Made by a program: the position numbers and the translations under genes. A DNA stretch of 64,000 nt, from positions 131,300-195,299 of the forward strand of contig JABHSE010000004.1 of the NCBI GenBank assembly GCA_018697035.1, given 5' to 3'. Positions 61,448 to 64,000 of the stretch are shown in pieces (the stretch's first letter is position 1; every line of letters begins with the position of its first letter). The notes under the pieces are model-generated. The model was not told where the DNA came from. It ran no database searches and saw nothing but the letters and a program-made list of their open reading frames with translations. Source of the stretch: an archaeon. Lineage in GTDB: Archaea > Nanobdellota > Nanobdellia > Pacearchaeales > GW2011-AR1.

Positions 61448-64000
61448 TCACAAAACCCGCCCCAAATACTCCCCAGTAGCACTCGCCCTTACCTTAGCCA
61501 CTTCCTCAGGACTCCCCTTCGCAACAACACGACCTCCACCCTCCCCACCCTCAGGCCCCAAGTCAATAATATAATCCGCACTCTTAACAACATCCAAATT
61601 ATGCTCAATCACAACCATAGTATTCCCCTTCTCAACCAATGAATCAAGCACTCTCAAAAGCTTCTTAACATCAGCAAAATGAAGCCCAGTAGTCGGCTCA
61701 TCCAAAATATAAAGCGTCTGCCCAGTCCCCCTCTTAGCAAGTTCCTTAGTGAGCTTAATCCGCTGACTCTCCCCTCCACTGAGAGTAGTAGCACTTTGCC
61801 CAAGCTTAATATATTCCAACCCCACTCGTTTCAAAGTCTCAAGCTTCCGATAGATACTAGGTACATTCTCAAACACCTCCAAAGCCTCTTCAACACTCAA
61901 ATCCAAAACATCCGCAACATTCTTCCCCTTATACATAATATCCAAAGTATCCCGGTTATACCGCTTCCCCTTGCACTCATCACACTGGACATAAACATCA
62001 GGCAAAAAATGCATCTCAATTTTCTCAACTCCATCCCCCCGACACTTCTCACATCGCCCCCCAGGCACATTAAACGAAAACCTCCCAGGCATGTATCCTC
62101 GAATCTTCGACTCCTTAACCCCACTAAACAGTTTCCGAATCTCATCAAACACCCCAACATAAGTCGCAGGGTTCGACCTAGGAGTCTTCCCAATCGGACT
62201 CTGATTAATCACAATCACCTTATCAATTCGCTCATCAAGCGTTATCTCTTTATGCTTCCCCGGACGAATCTTACTATCCCGACCAAGCTTCTTCGCCATC
62301 CCCTTATACAAAATCTCATTCATCAACGTAGACTTACCACTCCCACTAACCCCAGTTATACAATTCATCACCCCAATCGGAACCTTCACATTAATATTCT
62401 TCAAATTATTTTCCCGAGCACCCCTGATATTAATATATTTATTACTAGCCCGCCGCCTCATCGGAGTCTCAATTTTCATCTCACCCGAAAGATACTTCCC
62501 AGTCAAAGAATCCTTATTCTTCTCAATTTGTTTAGGAGTCCCGGCAGCAACAATCTCACCCCCATGAACCCCAGCCCCAGGTCCAATGTCAACAACAAAG
62601 TCCGCAGCCCGAATCGTATCCTCATCATGCTCAACAACAATCAAAGAGTTCCCAAGATCCCGAAGCCTATGAAGCGTACTAATCAACTTAGCATTATCCC
62701 GCTGATGAAGCCCAATACTAGGCTCATCCAAAACATACATCACACCCATAAGATTAGCCCCAATCTGCGTAGCAAGCCGTATACGTTGTGCCTCACCTCC
62801 ACTAAGAGTCCCAGCCTTACGAGACAAATTAAGATACCCAAGCCCAACCGAATTCAAAAAACTCAGCCGCTCGCGAATCTCCTTCAAAATCAACTTAGCA
62901 ATCTCCATCTCCTTAGAAGTCAGTTTCAACTTCTCGAAAAATTCCGAGCACCGAATAATGGACATCTCTGTGATATCGTTAATATTGTGCTTAGCAACCT
63001 TCACCGACAAAATCTTCTCCTGCAACCGCTTCCCCTCGCACTCAGGACAAGTCCTAGCCCTCTGAAACTTCTCAAGCAACCGACGACGATAGTCCGACTC
63101 GGTCTTCTTATACAACCTCTCACTCTGCGGAATCAACCCCTCCCATCCGTCCTCCATATTCATACTAGCTCCACTCGACCATTTCCCATGAATCGGACGC
63201 TCAGACCCATACATCAAAACCTCGTATTGCTCTTCACTCATGTCACCAACCGGTTCCATAATATCAAACCCAAAACTCTTGCCCACAGCCCCTAGCTGCT
63301 GAATCCTCCAAGAATTATCCATTTTCCCATAAAGCTTAATCGCCCCGTCAACGATAGTATCCTCCTCATCCGGAATAATCAACTCAGGATCAAACTCAGT
63401 CTTAACTCCAAGCCCATGACATTCCTCACAAGCACCAAACGGACTATTAAACGAAAACATCCTAGGCTGCAATTCCTCAAAAGCCAACCCACACTCAGGA
63501 CAAGCCATAATTGTAGAGTAAACATGTAACTTCTCACCAGAGTCCATAACCTCAATCATCCCCCCTTCACTCACCCGAGCCGCATTCTCAACAGCCTCAC
63601 TCAACCGTCCAGAGTCGCTAACATTCACCCGATCAACAACAACCGCAATATCATGCTTCTTATACCGGGCCATCTTAATAGTTTCATCAGTTCTATAGAT
63701 AACACCATCAACCCGAACCCGCGCCCATCCGTCCCGATTCAATCCCAAAACAACCTGCTCATGCGTCCCTTTCTTCTGAGAAACGATAGGAGCCAAAATA
63801 GTCACATTCCCCTCAACCTCATTCCCAATCCTGTCACTAATCCTCTGCGGCGAACTACTCTCAATCTTACATCCATGCTCAGGGCAATAAGCAGTCCCAA
63901 CCCGAGCAAACAACAACCTCAAATAATCATAAATCTCAGTAACCGTCCCAACAGTAGATCTAGGATTCTTACTCGTCGTCTTCTGCTCAATCGAAATCGC
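61448..64000 (-). CDS. uvrA: Excinuclease ABC subunit A, 5' end beyond the right edge of the window
   Basis: LRLLFARVGTAYCPEHG, zinc modules, two ABC cassettes (GVSGSGKSTL, LSGGEAQR/LSGGESQR, YVLDEPSIGLH/YILDEPTTGLH). The frame stays open past the first Met at 63922 to base 64000. Confidence 0.95.
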   Translation of the reverse strand, partial: AISIEQKTTSKNPRSTVGTVTEIYDYLRLLFARVGTAYCPEHGCKIESSSPQRISDRIGNEVEGNVTILAPIVSQKKGTHEQVVLGLNRDGWARVRVDGVIYRTDETIKMARYKKHDIAVVVDRVNVSDSGRLSEAVENAARVSEGGMIEVMDSGEKLHVYSTIMACPECGLAFEELQPRMFSFNSPFGACEECHGLGVKTEFDPELIIPDEEDTIVDGAIKLYGKMDNSWRIQQLGAVGKSFGFDIMEPVGDMSEEQYEVLMYGSERPIHGKWSSGASMNMEDGWEGLIPQSERLYKKTESDYRRRLLEKFQRARTCPECEGKRLQEKILSVKVAKHNINDITEMSIIRCSEFFEKLKLTSKEMEIAKLILKEIRERLSFLNSVGLGYLNLSRKAGTLSGGEAQRIRLATQIGANLMGVMYVLDEPSIGLHQRDNAKLISTLHRLRDLGNSLIVVEHDEDTIRAADFVVDIGPGAGVHGGEIVAAGTPKQIEKNKDSLTGKYLSGEMKIETPMRRRASNKYINIRGARENNLKNINVKVPIGVMNCITGVSGSGKSTLMNEILYKGMAKKLGRDSKIRPGKHKEITLDERIDKVIVINQSPIGKTPRSNPATYVGVFDEIRKLFSGVKESKIRGYMPGRFSFNVPGGRCEKCRGDGVEKIEMHFLPDVYVQCDECKGKRYNRDTLDIMYKGKNVADVLDLSVEEALEVFENVPSIYRKLETLKRVGLEYIKLGQSATTLSGGESQRIKLTKELAKRGTGQTLYILDEPTTGLHFADVKKLLRVLDSLVEKGNTMVVIEHNLDVVKSADYIIDLGPEGGEGGGRVVAKGSPEEVAKVRASATGEYLGRVL

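Noticed and set aside
61679-63295. 538-aa plus-strand ORF, the longest unannotated ORF in the track.
   Set aside because: It lies entirely antisense to uvrA, whose ABC-ATPase motifs are unambiguous. Its product is low-complexity (N/P/L/I/S/K/T-rich). The extreme C>G, A>T skew of this strand depletes stop codons, so it is a shadow ORF.

Overview
This is a 64-kb AT-rich window made almost entirely of accessory or mobile DNA, with a short housekeeping block at the right end. All domain calls come from motifs read by eye in the supplied translations. No database search was run.

**1-28.1 kb.** Genes have strong GGAGG ribosome-binding sites and rho-independent terminators. Contents:
- The 3' end of a HerA-type ATPase/nuclease gene, followed by a membrane protein and a vWA-like protein.
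- A RelE-type toxin-antitoxin pair.
- An excisionase-integrase module next to a 48-nt tRNA-Phe 3' fragment, with flanking arm-like repeats.
- An HTH-GTPase plus GIY-YIG nuclease pair.
- An orphan, GC-rich remA.
- A tightly packed nine-gene plus-strand operon: WYL regulator, DUF4007, 1159-aa ATPase, PAPS-reductase-like PP-loop enzyme, MORC-like GHKL ATPase, PC4-like protein, SF2 helicase, PLD nuclease and YwbE-Schlafen/AlbA_2. It is convergent with a Dnd-associated-type methyltransferase. This operon is my best candidate for an undescribed composite defence system.
- A second, catalytic-domain-only tyrosine recombinase.

**28.2-51 kb.** A mosaic of small cassettes, several opened by a recurring ~27-nt TATA-like motif (AATCCTTATACAAC..TATAAAC.CC). 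Contents:
- A Cys-rich repeat surface protein.
- A radical-SAM/SPASM maturase with two GNAT acetyltransferases.
- A full-length HerA-like ATPase-wHTH-nuclease.
- A papain-like peptidase operon.
- A RadC / AAA+ / DUF1257 / DUF2997 / DUF3150-like plasmid- or phage-type module.
- A Fic gene bracketed by palindromic direct repeats.

**51-64 kb.** A host-like block with archaeal hallmarks:
- tRNA-Ile(UAU) with a 96-nt canonical bulge-helix-bulge intron.
- tRNA-Glu without an encoded CCA.
- TATA boxes about 25 nt upstream of ATG start codons.
- An archaeal-type YchF, VKOR and DUF167.
- uvrB carrying an inserted alpha/beta-hydrolase domain, a short uvrC, and uvrA running off the right edge.

**Composition.** G/C (and T/A) strand skew is extreme and changes sign several times, once inside a single ORF. 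This generates many long spurious antisense ORFs. Together with the mix of bacterial-style and archaeal-style signals, it makes an MGE pile-up or an assembly chimera the two things to test first. No rRNA genes or CRISPR arrays were seen.
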